DNA of 64,000 bases from Thermoanaerobaculia bacterium (GCA_034664845.1 JAXDGW010000027.1:1687-65686), one strand, 5' to 3'. Counted from the first letter of the stretch, positions 17,585 to 28,300 are shown. Program-made: numbers and translations. The notes: generated by a model from the sequence alone, not told the origin.

Positions 17585-17674
17585 TCAGGGAGACTCAGCG
17601 CGACCCTCTATCCGGCAGCGGAATGGAAATCCTCCGAAGTATCGGTGTCAGTCGCGAGAATGAGCGCGCCGCAC

Positions 17675-17822
17675 GCTGTCATTCCGAGCTGGCGGGGCGG
17701 CGGGGGCGAGGAATCCCCTGCCGATGTGGAGATGCCCGCTCCGAGGCAGGGGATTTCTCATCGTGCTCCACCGCTCCACCCACACTGCCCGCCCCCGCGG
17801 TTTCGCCCATTAGAAATGACAG
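17675..17822. repeat. palindromic MITE-like element, third copy (right terminus partly degenerate)
   Basis: Left end GCTGTCATTCCGAGCTGGCGGGGCGGCGGGGGCGAGGAATCCCC; right end …GAAATGACAG. Confidence 0.7.
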
Positions 17823-17834
17823 TCGCACTTACGC

Positions 17835-17972
17835 TTACTCCTCGGTCGGCGGCGCGGTCGGTCTTAGTCGCGGGAACGCATGCTCCTTCGCCTTCGACCA
17901 ATCGATGTACTCGGTGGAATCCGCGTTCGACCAGAACTCGCGCTCTTCGTCTTCGGTATTGAACGTCGGCAT
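17835..17972 (-). CDS. orphan BrnA/CopG-like antitoxin fragment (MPTFNTEDEEREFWSNADSTEYIDWSKAKE…)
   Basis: Conserved 'EFW..DST.YIDWSKA' antitoxin motif. No cognate toxin ORF is adjacent on the same strand. Confidence 0.35.
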   Translation of the reverse strand: MPTFNTEDEEREFWSNADSTEYIDWSKAKEHAFPRLRPTAPPTEE

Positions 17973-18093
17973 TTCTTTCAGCGCGGATGACATGGCTGCG
18001 GCCCGAAGTTTACCCCGTCCGCTATCGCTGAAGCCGGATCGTCGACGAACGGAATTTGACATCGTGATCGTCGATGTGTGATCAAGAGCCGTC

Positions 18094-18351
18094 ATGAAGC
18101 GCCGCAGACTGCTTCACCGCCTCCTGGACGGACATATCCAGAACGTCGCGTTTCGTGATCTGCGCGATCTGGTGGAGGGTTTCGGTTTCCGGCTCGATCG
18201 AGTACACGGCAGCCACCACATTTTCGAGCATGCTGCTATCGTGGAAAACTTGAACCTGCAGGACGTCAGCGGTAAAGCGAAGCCCTACCAGATCCGGCAG
18301 TTTCTTCGACTGATCGAACGTTATGCTCTTCGACTGGAGGACGAGCGATGA
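18094..18351 (+). CDS. hicA: HicA-family toxin (mRNA interferase), 85 aa
   Basis: GSHHIF motif (RVHGSHHIFEH) and YcfA-like size. Confidence 0.7.
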   Translation: MKRRRLLHRLLDGHIQNVAFRDLRDLVEGFGFRLDRVHGSHHIFEHAAIVENLNLQDVSGKAKPYQIRQFLRLIERYALRLEDER

Positions 18352-18566
18352 GCGACTACCACATCAACATCTTCTACAGTGACGAAGATGGCGGCTATAT
18401 CGCCGACATTCCTGACCTCGACGCTTGTTCTGCGTTCGGGACATCTCCCGAGGCTGCCTTGGCTGAAGTTGAAATCGCAAAGACGGCATGGATCGACTCC
18501 GCCCGTTCGCTCGGGAAAGAGATCCCCGAGCCGCGCTATCGTCCAGCCATCTACCAAACGCGTTGA
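18348..18566 (+). CDS. hicB: HicB-family antitoxin (short form), 72 aa
   Basis: N-terminus YHINIFYSDEDGGYIADIPDLDACSAFGTSPEAALAEV is typical of the HicB N-terminal domain. ATGA overlap with hicA. Confidence 0.7.
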   Translation: MSDYHINIFYSDEDGGYIADIPDLDACSAFGTSPEAALAEVEIAKTAWIDSARSLGKEIPEPRYRPAIYQTR

Positions 18567-18570
18567 GATT

Positions 18571-20487
18571 CTAAAACTCGATCTGCGCGCCCAACTCCAC
18601 CACCCGGTTCGGCGGCAGGCTAAAAAATCGCGCGGCGCTCTCCGCGTTGCGGGTCATCGAGGCGAAGAGCTTCTCGCGCCAGGTGGCCATGCCACTCTTG
18701 CGCGAGGTCACGATCAGCGTCTCGCGGCCAAGGAAGTAGGTCGTATCCATTGGCGGAATCGACATTCCGTGTTCGCGGCTGACTCGCTCCAGCAAGGCGG
18801 GGATGTCCGGCTCTTCCATGTATCCGTAGCGGCAGGTGATCCGGTAAATCCCTTCGCCGAGGTCTTCGAGTTGGAGGCGCTCGTCATCGCGAAGATGGGA
18901 GACCTCCTCGCTGACCACCGTCAGAAGGATGACCTGTTTGTGGAGGGCTTTGTAGTGCTTCAGGCTGTGGAGCAGCGCGGAGGGAATCACGTCGCGCGAA
19001 CGGTGCATGAAGACGGCGGTGCCCGGCACGCGCACGGGTGCGTGGCCACGCAGCGACGTCACGAAAACCTCGGGAGTCAGCGCTCCTTCGCGAAGGCGCG
19101 CGTTGAGAATCTTCCGCCCACGGCGCCACGTCGTCATGATCGTGAAGACGACCGCGGCGATGAGCAGCGGGAACCAGCCGCCATCGGCGATTTTGAAGAG
19201 ATTCGCGCCGAGGAAGGCCAGATCGCCGAAGAGGAATCCGGCAGTGATCGCGCCCGCCAGCAAGACGCTCCAGTGCAGTTGGTCGCGCGCCACGACATAG
19301 GCCAGGATCGTCGTGATGATCATCGTCGTGCTGACCGCGACGCCGTACGCGCCCGCCAGATTCGTGGAGCTGCGGAAGCCGATCACGAGCGCGATCGTGC
19401 AGAACATCAGCGTCCAGTTCACGGTCGGCATGTAGACCTGTCCGATCTCCGCTTGCGACGTGTGGACGATCTGCATTCGCGGCAGGTAGCCGAGCTGGAT
19501 GGCCTGCCGCGTCAGCGAAAACACGCCGGAGATGATGGCCTGCGACGCGATGACCGTAGCCATCGTGGCCATGATCACGAGCGGATAGAGCGCCCATTTC
19601 GGAGCGAGCAGGTAGAACGGATTGTGCGCCGCCGACGGCTGCCGGATCAGCAGCGCGCCCTGTCCGAAATAGTGAAGCACCAGCGACGGGCCGACGATGT
19701 TGAACCAATCGACTTGGATCGGCTTTTCTCCGAAGTGCCCGAGGTCGGCGTACAGCGCCTCGCCGCCGGTGGTCACAAGAAAGACCGCGCCGAGAACGAG
19801 AAACCCGTGCATCCCGTTGGCCATGAAAAAGCGAACGGCATGCATCGGATTGACCGCCAATAGAACCGACGGCTGCCAGAGGATGCCGCGGATTCCCATC
19901 ACCGCCAGCGTCGAGAACCACACGAGCATCACCGGCCCGAAAACCGAGCCGACACCGGCCGTTCCCCGGCGCTGGAAGAAGAAGAGAACGACGAGAACGA
20001 GAATCGTCAGCGGGATGACATACGGCTTGAAAAACGGTGTCGCAATTTCGAGCCCTTCCACCGCGCTGAGCACCGAGATCGCCGGCGTGATCATGCCGTC
20101 GCCGTACAGCAGCGCGGCTCCGAAAACGCCGAGGACGATCAAGGTCGCGCGGACGGCGGCCGTCCGGCTCTTGTCCATTCCGACGAGACCCATCAGCGCC
20201 AGAATCCCACCCTCCCCTCGGTTGTCGAATCGCAGCACGTAGATGTGGTACTTGACCATCACCACGAGGACGAGCGACCAGAAGATGAGCGAGAGAATGC
20301 CGAACACGTTCGCCTGTGTCAGCGGCACGGGATGCGATCCGTAGAAGCACTCGCGCATCGCGTAGAGCGGGCTGGTGCCGATGTCGCCGTAGACGATACC
20401 GAGGGCCAGCAGCGATAAGGATAGGAGACGGCGACCCTTCGGCTCTTCGCGTTCGTGATGCGCCGGAAGCACTGCAACTTCAGTCAA
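18571..20487 (-). CDS. kup: Kup/HAK/KT potassium uptake transporter, 638 aa
   Basis: Canonical N-terminus (LALGIVYGDIGTSPLYA) and full-length topology. Confidence 0.9.
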   Translation of the reverse strand: MTEVAVLPAHHEREEPKGRRLLSLSLLALGIVYGDIGTSPLYAMRECFYGSHPVPLTQANVFGILSLIFWSLVLVVMVKYHIYVLRFDNRGEGGILALMGLVGMDKSRTAAVRATLIVLGVFGAALLYGDGMITPAISVLSAVEGLEIATPFFKPYVIPLTILVLVVLFFFQRRGTAGVGSVFGPVMLVWFSTLAVMGIRGILWQPSVLLAVNPMHAVRFFMANGMHGFLVLGAVFLVTTGGEALYADLGHFGEKPIQVDWFNIVGPSLVLHYFGQGALLIRQPSAAHNPFYLLAPKWALYPLVIMATMATVIASQAIISGVFSLTRQAIQLGYLPRMQIVHTSQAEIGQVYMPTVNWTLMFCTIALVIGFRSSTNLAGAYGVAVSTTMIITTILAYVVARDQLHWSVLLAGAITAGFLFGDLAFLGANLFKIADGGWFPLLIAAVVFTIMTTWRRGRKILNARLREGALTPEVFVTSLRGHAPVRVPGTAVFMHRSRDVIPSALLHSLKHYKALHKQVILLTVVSEEVSHLRDDERLQLEDLGEGIYRITCRYGYMEEPDIPALLERVSREHGMSIPPMDTTYFLGRETLIVTSRKSGMATWREKLFASMTRNAESAARFFSLPPNRVVELGAQIEF

Positions 20488-20503
20488 CCGTGGTCTCCCC
20501 TGT

Positions 20504-20590
20504 GGATCAGAGACGAGAGACTAGAGATCAGAGATCAGGAGTAGTGAAGCGCTGTCCTGATCTCTGATCTTTAGTCTCTTGTCTCTGATT
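20504..20590. repeat. simple-sequence hairpin element (gatcagagacgagagactagagatcagagatcagg / loop / near-perfect reverse complement)
   Basis: Stem of about 35 bp read in sequence. Confidence 0.85.
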
Positions 20591-20653
20591 CTCGCGACGG
20601 CGGAGTGTACGGTGCGCAGATCGCGCCCGCTCATTAAGAGTCTCTAAAGGTAA

Positions 20654-21556
20654 TCAGGCGCGGCACGGCGGCGCGGCAAGCCACGTCGTCTGATCGAATC
20701 GTGTTGCGCCGGCGCTGCCGCTCCAGCGCCATGCTTTGCCGTCGGAGGTTTCGATCTTGAGGTCGATCGGCGTGCCGGCCTCAATCGCCTGCGGCGTCTC
20801 CAACGGTAGAAACGCGTGGCTCCAACTGGTGTCCGGCTTCTCGTTCGAGAGGACAACATCCTCGGCCAGCGTGGCGCGGAACCATCCGGCAAATCCGTGC
20901 AGGAGTCCCGATCGCGCCGCCTCGAAATGCACCGCGCCGTTGACATCAACGCTCTCCACGCTCGCCATCTCACACGAAATGATGCGCTCCGGTGCCGCCA
21001 GAAACGCGCTCGTTTCGACGTTGGCCACGTAGATCGCGTTCGACGCAAACGTCGCCAGCGGCGAGAGATCGAATCCGTATGGCTTTCGCTGCCACCACGA
21101 CACGTGACGGTCGAATAGCACCGGCAGATCGACCGGAACGACGAAGAGCTCGACGCGCTGCGGAATGATTGTCGCGCCGGGCCGCAGCAGACGCGTGCGG
21201 GCATCGATGACGCTGCTGAGGATTCGCTCTTCGAATCCGAACGCGCCCATCGTCTCGGTCACGAGCAGATCGGCCGGCTCCGGAAGCTCGATGTTCGTGG
21301 AGCGGTCGTGGATGACGGTCATACGATCGCCAAATCCGAGGTGCTTCGTCAGGAACATGGCCAGATCGGCGCTGTGCTGATCCTCGACCGCGAACACGCG
21401 CCGCGCGCCGGCCTCGCACGCGAGAAATCCGAGAATGCCCGAGCCAGTGCCGAGGTCGAGGACGACGCTGTCCGGGGTGACGACACGGCGGAGCGCATCC
21501 CGATAGGCGTTGACCCGGACTTTGTCGAGCAGCAGCGTCCGATGAACTTCGAGCAT
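20654..21556 (-). CDS. class I SAM-dependent methyltransferase, protein arginine N-methyltransferase (PRMT)-like, 300 aa
   Basis: PRMT-like motif I region (AYRDAL…VLDLGTGSGILGFLACEAGARRVFAVE) and post-I acidic residue. Confidence 0.65.
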   Translation of the reverse strand: MLEVHRTLLLDKVRVNAYRDALRRVVTPDSVVLDLGTGSGILGFLACEAGARRVFAVEDQHSADLAMFLTKHLGFGDRMTVIHDRSTNIELPEPADLLVTETMGAFGFEERILSSVIDARTRLLRPGATIIPQRVELFVVPVDLPVLFDRHVSWWQRKPYGFDLSPLATFASNAIYVANVETSAFLAAPERIISCEMASVESVDVNGAVHFEAARSGLLHGFAGWFRATLAEDVVLSNEKPDTSWSHAFLPLETPQAIEAGTPIDLKIETSDGKAWRWSGSAGATRFDQTTWLAAPPCRA

Positions 21557-21895
21557 CTACTTCGCCTCAGCGTCGTTGTGCCGCAAAAGGAGAAACAGCG
21601 GCAACGCCAGCGACACGCCGACCGCGAGGTTCGCGACGATGCACAACCACCACAACCGCACCGGCCGTTTGCGCTGCTCGTACGCGATGAATACCCACAA
21701 CGCGACCGACGACACGATCACGTCCGCTGCGAAGAATGACGACCCGGGCGTGGCAAACACCTGCTGCACGAGCAGCGGCAAATTCAATCCGTGCTCGGGA
21801 ACGAATGGCGCGAAGAAGTAGTAAGGAAGCGCCGTGCCGAGGATGCAGAGGACGACGTAGACGTACTTCATGACGGCATGGTAGCGCGGAGGCAT
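21557..21895 (-). CDS. small membrane protein (3-4 TM), hypothetical, 112 aa
   Basis: ORF with TM helices. Its first ~22 codons are duplicated at 32262-32328. Confidence 0.5.
   Translation of the reverse strand: MPPRYHAVMKYVYVVLCILGTALPYYFFAPFVPEHGLNLPLLVQQVFATPGSSFFAADVIVSSVALWVFIAYEQRKRPVRLWWLCIVANLAVGVSLALPLFLLLRHNDAEAK
21822..21895. repeat. left copy of a ~66-bp imperfect direct repeat (gaagcgccgtgccgaggatgcagaggacgacgtagacgtacttcat…atggtagcgcggaggc)
   Basis: Matches 32262-32328 with only a 6-nt divergent patch. Confidence 0.85.
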
Positions 21896-21927
21896 CTGCA
21901 GGTCAGAACTTCCCGAGCAAGAAACGT

Positions 21928-22911
21928 CTATTGCGCGACGACCATCAACCAGATTCCTGCGCCGGGTTTGCCGGACAGTTCGACCTGGAGACGATTCTCA
22001 GACTCGACCTGGACCGGAATGTTGATGACACGAACCTTTGCATTGAAGTCAGACGGGCGCGCTACTTCCACGCCATTGAGAGTCACATGCGCGCTGCTGA
22101 CCGAACCGCCCGGCGACGTCCCGTTGATGATGCGCAAGGTCTTCCGCCCCGGTGCTGAAGCGAAGCTGCTAACTGTCTTTGCCGGGCCGGAAGTACGGCG
22201 GTAGAAAGCCTGCGCATACGCAAACGCGCTTGTGGTGCGAGCGAGCTGTCCGCCTGTAAGCGCATAGACGAGAATGTCGCCATTCGGCGTGATTCTGCCG
22301 CTGTCGTCGCGGTGTACACCCGGAAACGCCAGCAGCGCCAGACGTCCGCTGCCATCCAGGTCCACCGCCGCGACCTGGCTCAACAACGACACTCGCAGCT
22401 TGCGGGCGGCTGCTGTTGGCGAAATGAGTGACAACTGCCCATTACGCCATGCGAAAACCCAGGAGTCAGGGATCAGATATCCATGGCCGCTGGTGAGCCG
22501 CGCGATGATCTCCGGCGCTCCATCGCCGTCGAGATCGATCAGTTCGAGCTCCCCCCTGAACCCTTTGAGAAACGGCATATCCGGATGAGAAAGAACTCTC
22601 CCGCTGCGATCAAGTACGCTGATACCTGCTCGGGTTCCGTTCGTGTACAACGCAACGATAAGTGGCTGACCATTGCGATTCAGATCACCCGCCACGAATG
22701 TTGAGAATCGCGACGGCGCCTCGGGGTCGCGCGACGCAAACAGGTCCGCAGGATAGGCGTTGTCGACGAGTTGCTCGTCGGACACCTGCGCCCACGCCGA
22801 AACGCTGGACAGCGCAAGAACAACCAGGAACGTAAAAGTGCGTATGCGGAAGGCTCGGTCTCCTAGGGAACACCGCGAATGCACGCGGCGCGCTCCACAA
22901 AAACGCTGCAA
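21928..22911 (-). CDS. secreted FG-GAP/VCBS-like repeat protein, 327 aa
   Basis: Signal peptide; DLDGDGAPEI / DLDGSGRLAL Ca-binding-loop-like repeats. Confidence 0.5.
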   Translation of the reverse strand: MQRFCGARRVHSRCSLGDRAFRIRTFTFLVVLALSSVSAWAQVSDEQLVDNAYPADLFASRDPEAPSRFSTFVAGDLNRNGQPLIVALYTNGTRAGISVLDRSGRVLSHPDMPFLKGFRGELELIDLDGDGAPEIIARLTSGHGYLIPDSWVFAWRNGQLSLISPTAAARKLRVSLLSQVAAVDLDGSGRLALLAFPGVHRDDSGRITPNGDILVYALTGGQLARTTSAFAYAQAFYRRTSGPAKTVSSFASAPGRKTLRIINGTSPGGSVSSAHVTLNGVEVARPSDFNAKVRVINIPVQVESENRLQVELSGKPGAGIWLMVVAQ

Positions 22912-23036
22912 GCGCGATCAAAGCAACTAATCATTGCACACCATCCCGGAAATCATTGATGTGGGCGGCCTTTACAGATGCCAGTGTCTGTATACGTGCG
23001 ATTGCTCCGCGTGTCATTGAGCATCCGCTTGCGCCA

Positions 23037-23964
23037 TCACGTGCGCAGGCGCAGGAGCGCCGCTATCGCCGCGGCGAGCGCGAGCAACGCCAGAACCAGC
23101 GGCGAGAGCGCCGGAATCGCCTGGACATCGGCACCGACCACGGCGATGCCGGATATTGTCCCGGTTCCAACGTCGAACGGGCCCGCGGCAATCACGTCGT
23201 TCTGAAGGTCGAACTTGGCAGCCCCACCGAGGAAGGAGACCCAGACGAAGTTGGGGGAGACGTCGCGTCCAAACGGGACGGCATGTGTTGCATAGTGCCG
23301 AAGGATCGTGCCGTCCGTTCCGACGCGGTACATGTCGGCGAAGAACGTACTCGCCAGGAGCGTCCCATCGGAAAGAACGAGAAGGGTACGCCCAGTGTCG
23401 CCGAGTGGAGCCGATAACGGTGTCAGCATCGTATTGTGGCAAACATCGAATCTGCCAATCTGATTCATGGAGAGCGTGAAGTGGTAAAGGGTGCATTGGT
23501 CCAGACCCAGATCGGCCCGTTGAGAAGAGCTGCCAAGGGAGCTCACGCCCTGTTGAGTCCCCTGACTGTTGAACTTCAGAACGTGTCCGCCGCCGGTGGT
23601 AGCAAACAGATTGCCGGAACGATCGAAGGCGAGGGTTTTCGGGCTGTATGGAGATGTAGGATCGGGGTAAGCATGCTACCGTCGCTCGCAAAGCGAAAGA
23701 CGCTCGCTCCAGCTGCCCGTAGAGAATGCCACTCGGACCGAATTTCAGGTCCGTCGTATAGTCGTCTCCGGAATAGAACTCGTAAATCAGCGACCCGTTC
23801 GGCGCAAACTGGCGGATGGTGCCGATGAAGACAGGGAAATTGCCTACAAGAGTATACGACACGCCGCCAACGATCACGTCACCGGGATGAAACACCGCAA
23901 ATGCGGACCCCTCGCTACACAAAGACACCGTCAGGGCGAGCAAAATGATTGCTCTGACTTTCAT
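23037..23964 (-). pseudogene. frameshifted paralog of the 313-aa beta-propeller partner protein (second copy of the tandem duplication)
   Basis: The N-terminus (MKVRAIILLALTVSLCSEGSAFAVFHPGDVIV…GILYGQ) and the C-terminus (…GIAVVGADVQAIPALSPLVLALLALAAAIAALLRLRT) align to gene 24389-25330, but the reading frame changes around 23690-23720. Confidence 0.55.
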
Positions 23965-24392
23965 TGCACACCATCCCGGAGATCGTTGATATGAGCGGCC
24001 TTTACAATAGGGCCGGCATCGATATACGTGGCGGCACGCAGCCCCAGAGCGGTACGCGCGGAATTGAGCGCCGAGCGAAGCTCCGAAATGTGTACCGAGC
24101 GAATGAGGAACCCACTGGCCAGTCCTGGGTCTGTGAACGAAAATGGCGTGGTGAAGCCCGCTGCCATTCGTACTGAATTCACCACGGTCCGGAGTTCGGT
24201 GATATCGACCGCTGCGATGGTGTCTCCCACCGTTACATGATTCCCTGCGCCCGAGTGTGTGTAGTGGTTCGTCGTGGCAAGATCGGGCGCCGACCACGCC
24301 GATGCGAACGGCGGCCGGACCGCGCGCACCTGGTAGACATAGGCAGTATTTCGTGTCAGCGAAAACCCACTGTTCAGCCCACGCTTTTTCAC
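23961..24392 (-). pseudogene. duplicated fragment of the S8 peptidase C-terminal domain (143 aa; GTG start overlapping the upstream stop)
   Basis: …NTAYVYQVRAVRPPFASAWSAPDLATT…VKAAHINDLRDGVQ is colinear with the last ~135 aa of the 1080-aa subtilase. Confidence 0.55.
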
Positions 24393-25330
24393 GTGCGCAG
24401 CCGCAAGACTGCCGATATCGCCAAGGCGACCGAAAGGATAAGCTGGAGGAGCGGGGCGAAAGCCGGAATTGATTGCACATCGGCACCGACGATGGCGATA
24501 CCGGTGATTGAGCCGGTCCCTACGTCGAAAGGCCCTGCGGTGATCACATCGCCCGTTAGGTCGAACTTCGCAAATTTCCCAAGGACCATGACCCAGACAA
24601 AATTGGGGTTAGTGTCGCGAGCATACGCTGAGGCGTGGGTTGAATAATGGCGAAGCACGGCGCCGTCTAAGCCGATGCGATACATATCCGACTGGTTTGT
24701 GCTCGCGAGAAGAGTTCCGTCGGCGAGGACGAGAAGCGTCCGGTCAAGGTTCACGGTGGTTTGCAGCGGCGACGATAACGTACCACTGCAGGTATCAAAT
24801 CTTCCGATCCTTGACGCGGGCGATGTCAAGAAAAAGAGTGTGCACTGATCCAGGCCCAGATCGGCCCATGAGGACACGCCAGTTCCCAATGATGAAACTC
24901 CCGCTGGATTGCCAGCACTGTCAAACTTGAGCACGGCTCCGTCCGGTGAAGTGGCAAAAAGACGACCGGATCGCGCGAATGCCAGCGAGTGCATGAAGTA
25001 GCCGGTCGAGGCAGGCTGAAGCGGCGGGAGCGTGCTACCGTTATCCGCGAACCGAAGAACGATCGTTCCGGCGGCGCCGTGAAGAATACCTTGGGGGCTG
25101 AACTTGAGGTCGTCGGCGCCAATATTGTCGCCCGAGAATAGTTCCTCTATCAGTGTGCCGTCCGGGCCAAACCGCCGAATCTTGCCGACAAACGCTAACG
25201 GGTTTGGCTCATTCACTGGTCCCTCCACGGTGCTAACGATGATCTCTCCGGGATGGAACGTTGCGAACGCCGCCGGCGTGCCCCATAACGATGCGCTAAG
25301 AATGACCGCCGCAATCACCCGGCCCCTCAT
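24389..25330 (-). CDS. secreted beta-propeller (NHL/SMP-30-like) protein with a C-terminal hydrophobic anchor ending LRLRT, 313 aa
   Basis: Signal peptide; repeated GxxLxFxxxG blade-like motifs. C-terminus IPAFAPLLQLILSVALAISAVLRLRT. ATGA overlap with the subtilase stop. Confidence 0.6.
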   Translation of the reverse strand: MRGRVIAAVILSASLWGTPAAFATFHPGEIIVSTVEGPVNEPNPLAFVGKIRRFGPDGTLIEELFSGDNIGADDLKFSPQGILHGAAGTIVLRFADNGSTLPPLQPASTGYFMHSLAFARSGRLFATSPDGAVLKFDSAGNPAGVSSLGTGVSSWADLGLDQCTLFFLTSPASRIGRFDTCSGTLSSPLQTTVNLDRTLLVLADGTLLASTNQSDMYRIGLDGAVLRHYSTHASAYARDTNPNFVWVMVLGKFAKFDLTGDVITAGPFDVGTGSITGIAIVGADVQSIPAFAPLLQLILSVALAISAVLRLRT

Positions 25331-28300
25331 TGAACACCATCCCGAAGATCGTTGATGTGTACCGCCTTTACGGTCGTGGAGGAATGAATCAATTGGGAGT
25401 CGGTATACACGGCCGCTGCCAGACCAAGCGAGTTCCGAGCCGCGTCAAGGGCGGCGCGGAGTTGAGAAATATCCTCAGCGTGAATGACCGCTCCAGCGAG
25501 TGATCCGTTCGGATTGCTTGGCAGAATAGGTACGTACTGGGGCAGGCTGGCTGCCGCACGCACAGAATTAACGACGGCTCGTAACTCGACTATGTCTGTC
25601 GCCGCCATAACGCTACCAGCGACGATATGATGATTCGCATCAGCATGCGTGTAGGCGCTTGTCGTGGCAAGATCGGGCTCCGACCACGCGGATGCGAACG
25701 GCGGGCGGGTCGCGCGCACCTGATAGACGTATGCGGTATTGGGTGTCAGCAGAGCCCCGCCATCCGTCAAGCTGTCGAAGGAAGTGGCCGTCACATGCAC
25801 CGGCGTACCGTACGTGCTTTCCCCGTTCAGGCCACTCTTCCGGCGGATGTCGTAGCCCAGCGGCGCCCCGCTGACCGGTGACCACGAAAACGTGATTCTG
25901 GTCGATGAGGTGCTATCAAGAGGGCTTATCACGGGAGTACCGAGCGGAAGAGAGGTAGAAGCTGCATCATAGGCATTGTACGCCACGAGAGCAAAAGTCT
26001 GGGCGGAATTGGCCATACCGCTCGCGTTGGTGACGTACACGGTGAATGTCGTCCCGGCAGGAGCAAAGAATCGAGCAATTTCGGCGTTGTTGAGCACGTC
26101 GGCTGGAAGGTTTGCATTGTTGCATCCGTAGTCGAAGGATACCTCTCCTTGTGTCGTGTTCTCGATGACCAACTTGTTACCCACGAAACGTTTGCCACAG
26201 GGAGTGCCGAGATCTACACGCAGATCAAGATCATTCACCAACGGCGTGGTGGTGGTCTGTCCGGGACTAAGCACAGCGGGTGGATCGGACCAAACGAGGG
26301 CAATCTTCACCGGGAGGGTGGCATCATGAACGGTTAGCGTCCTGGTCCACTGGGCTGTGGGCGTGAGAAGCGAAGACGGCGGTTCATTCACAAAATAGCG
26401 GAAGGGATATGGCGACAACACATCCTCAAGACTGATTCTGCCGAAGCCCTGCTGATTGTTTGGGAATACTCCTATCGGTTGTGATTCCACGGTGTATTCA
26501 GGTTCCGCGAATGGTGCATAAAGAAGATTCTTTTCGGCGCCGCCGGCCATGCTGCGCGCCCCAGCGATTAGCATCGCTTTGGTCAGCGATGGGCGAGAAG
26601 AGTACGGGATGCAAGGCGACACTGAGGAGCCGTGACATCCGGGATTTACGGCCTCTTCGTAGAAACGGCGGGCGAGCAGGGCAGCACCCGCAGCGACCGG
26701 GGCGGCAAAGCTGGTGCCTCCGCCTGCGACGTAGTCAGAGCCGGCCACCAGAGGTGAAGAATTGGATGGTGTTGGCCTGCATTGAGCGCCGTCGTCATGA
26801 GGGTATGACTCAGCCTGGGATCGAGTGGAGACGATGTTCTCGGCAGGCGCAAAGAGGTCGGGTTTGTACCAGCCCGTGGTCAGTGTTCCCCTCATGGAGT
26901 TTGCCGCGATGTTCTCGAAGCTGTTCTGGCCGCAAAAGTGACACTGCCATTGCTCGAGGGAACTTCTAGGTATTTCCGCTGAGCCTACGGATATGACGTT
27001 CTTTGCAGTCCCTGGCGGGAGTGTGAACTTACGGGTGCTTGCACACGGGTCGGTGTGGTGTAAACGATCTATCTGGCCGATCTGATTGCCGGCTGACACC
27101 GTAAGTACGATAGGATCGATGCTGCTATTGAATAGTCCGTTATCCGCATCAATGACCGATTGGTCAAATTGCTGAGAAAGAACAGAATAGGTGCCTCCGT
27201 AGCAAGGCGAGGAGCCGTACTGGTTGTAAGAGTGATTCTGCACTCTCACATCATCTTGACCAGCGGGTTGGCTGGCGGCATCGTGCGCATATGCAAACGT
27301 ACCTGTTGGCGACGAGCTTCTCGAGATCTTGGTGACGTAGACGCCTGCACTCGGTGCGACACCGGTGGCGTAAAAATAGCCTCCTGGGTAGTCGGTCGCC
27401 GTTGCATTCGTAGTGTCGCCCGTGGCGATCCCGGCGATCATGGTGCCGTGCGAACTCGTATCGACAAGGTCGGCACCCGGGCTGTCGAAGTTGGTACCGA
27501 AGCGAACCTTTGGCCCTGGCAGCGCCGGATTATGACGGCCATTGGTCGCTCCGTCGTCCAAGCCGCTCGCGTCGGCTACACCCACCCAGAAATGATCATC
27601 CTGCAAATGCGTGCAGAAGGGACAGATGCCGTCCAGCCAGGCCTTGTAGGAGCCGGGATTCGCCGGCGCCCGCGCCTCAGGTCCACCGCTGACATTCCTC
27701 GTTAGCGAGAGGGCAACTCGTTCGTCGGACGGCTGCAGGATCGGCGCTTCCACCACGCAGAACACCAGCGGGCTTGCCACGATATCGGGGAGATCGCGCG
27801 CAGCGAATGACGCCTGCAGGTCGAGCTGGCCCGCCGAGGCGCGCCGCGTGGTGACCTTGCTGCTGGCCCGGGCGCCCAGGGAGTCCATGAATGCGTCCAC
27901 GCCGGGGGCGTCGATGAGTTGCACGATGAAATCGCGGATGTCGCCCTCCTTGCCCGGCTGCGGATGAACCTTCAGTCCCACATGCAGCATGTCTACCAGT
28001 TGGACGAACGGGAGCTTTTCGGCGGTCCGCATCACCTCCGGCGTGCCAGCGACGATGTAGGCGTTATAGGGGATGTATTGCACGAGCTTCACGCCGAGGG
28101 ACTCGACCTGTTTTTCCCACTCGGGCTTGATCGGTCCGGCGAATTGCAGGATGTAGGCGCCCCACTCCCCCTTTTTGTACGGTGCGCTTCGCTGCAGTCC
28201 GGGAAGCGATCCTTCCACTCCTCGCCGGGCATCGATCGTTCCCTCGGGGAGGAAGATTTTGTCGAAGTCGTCGCGGGGACGGATTTCTACGCGCAGTTCT

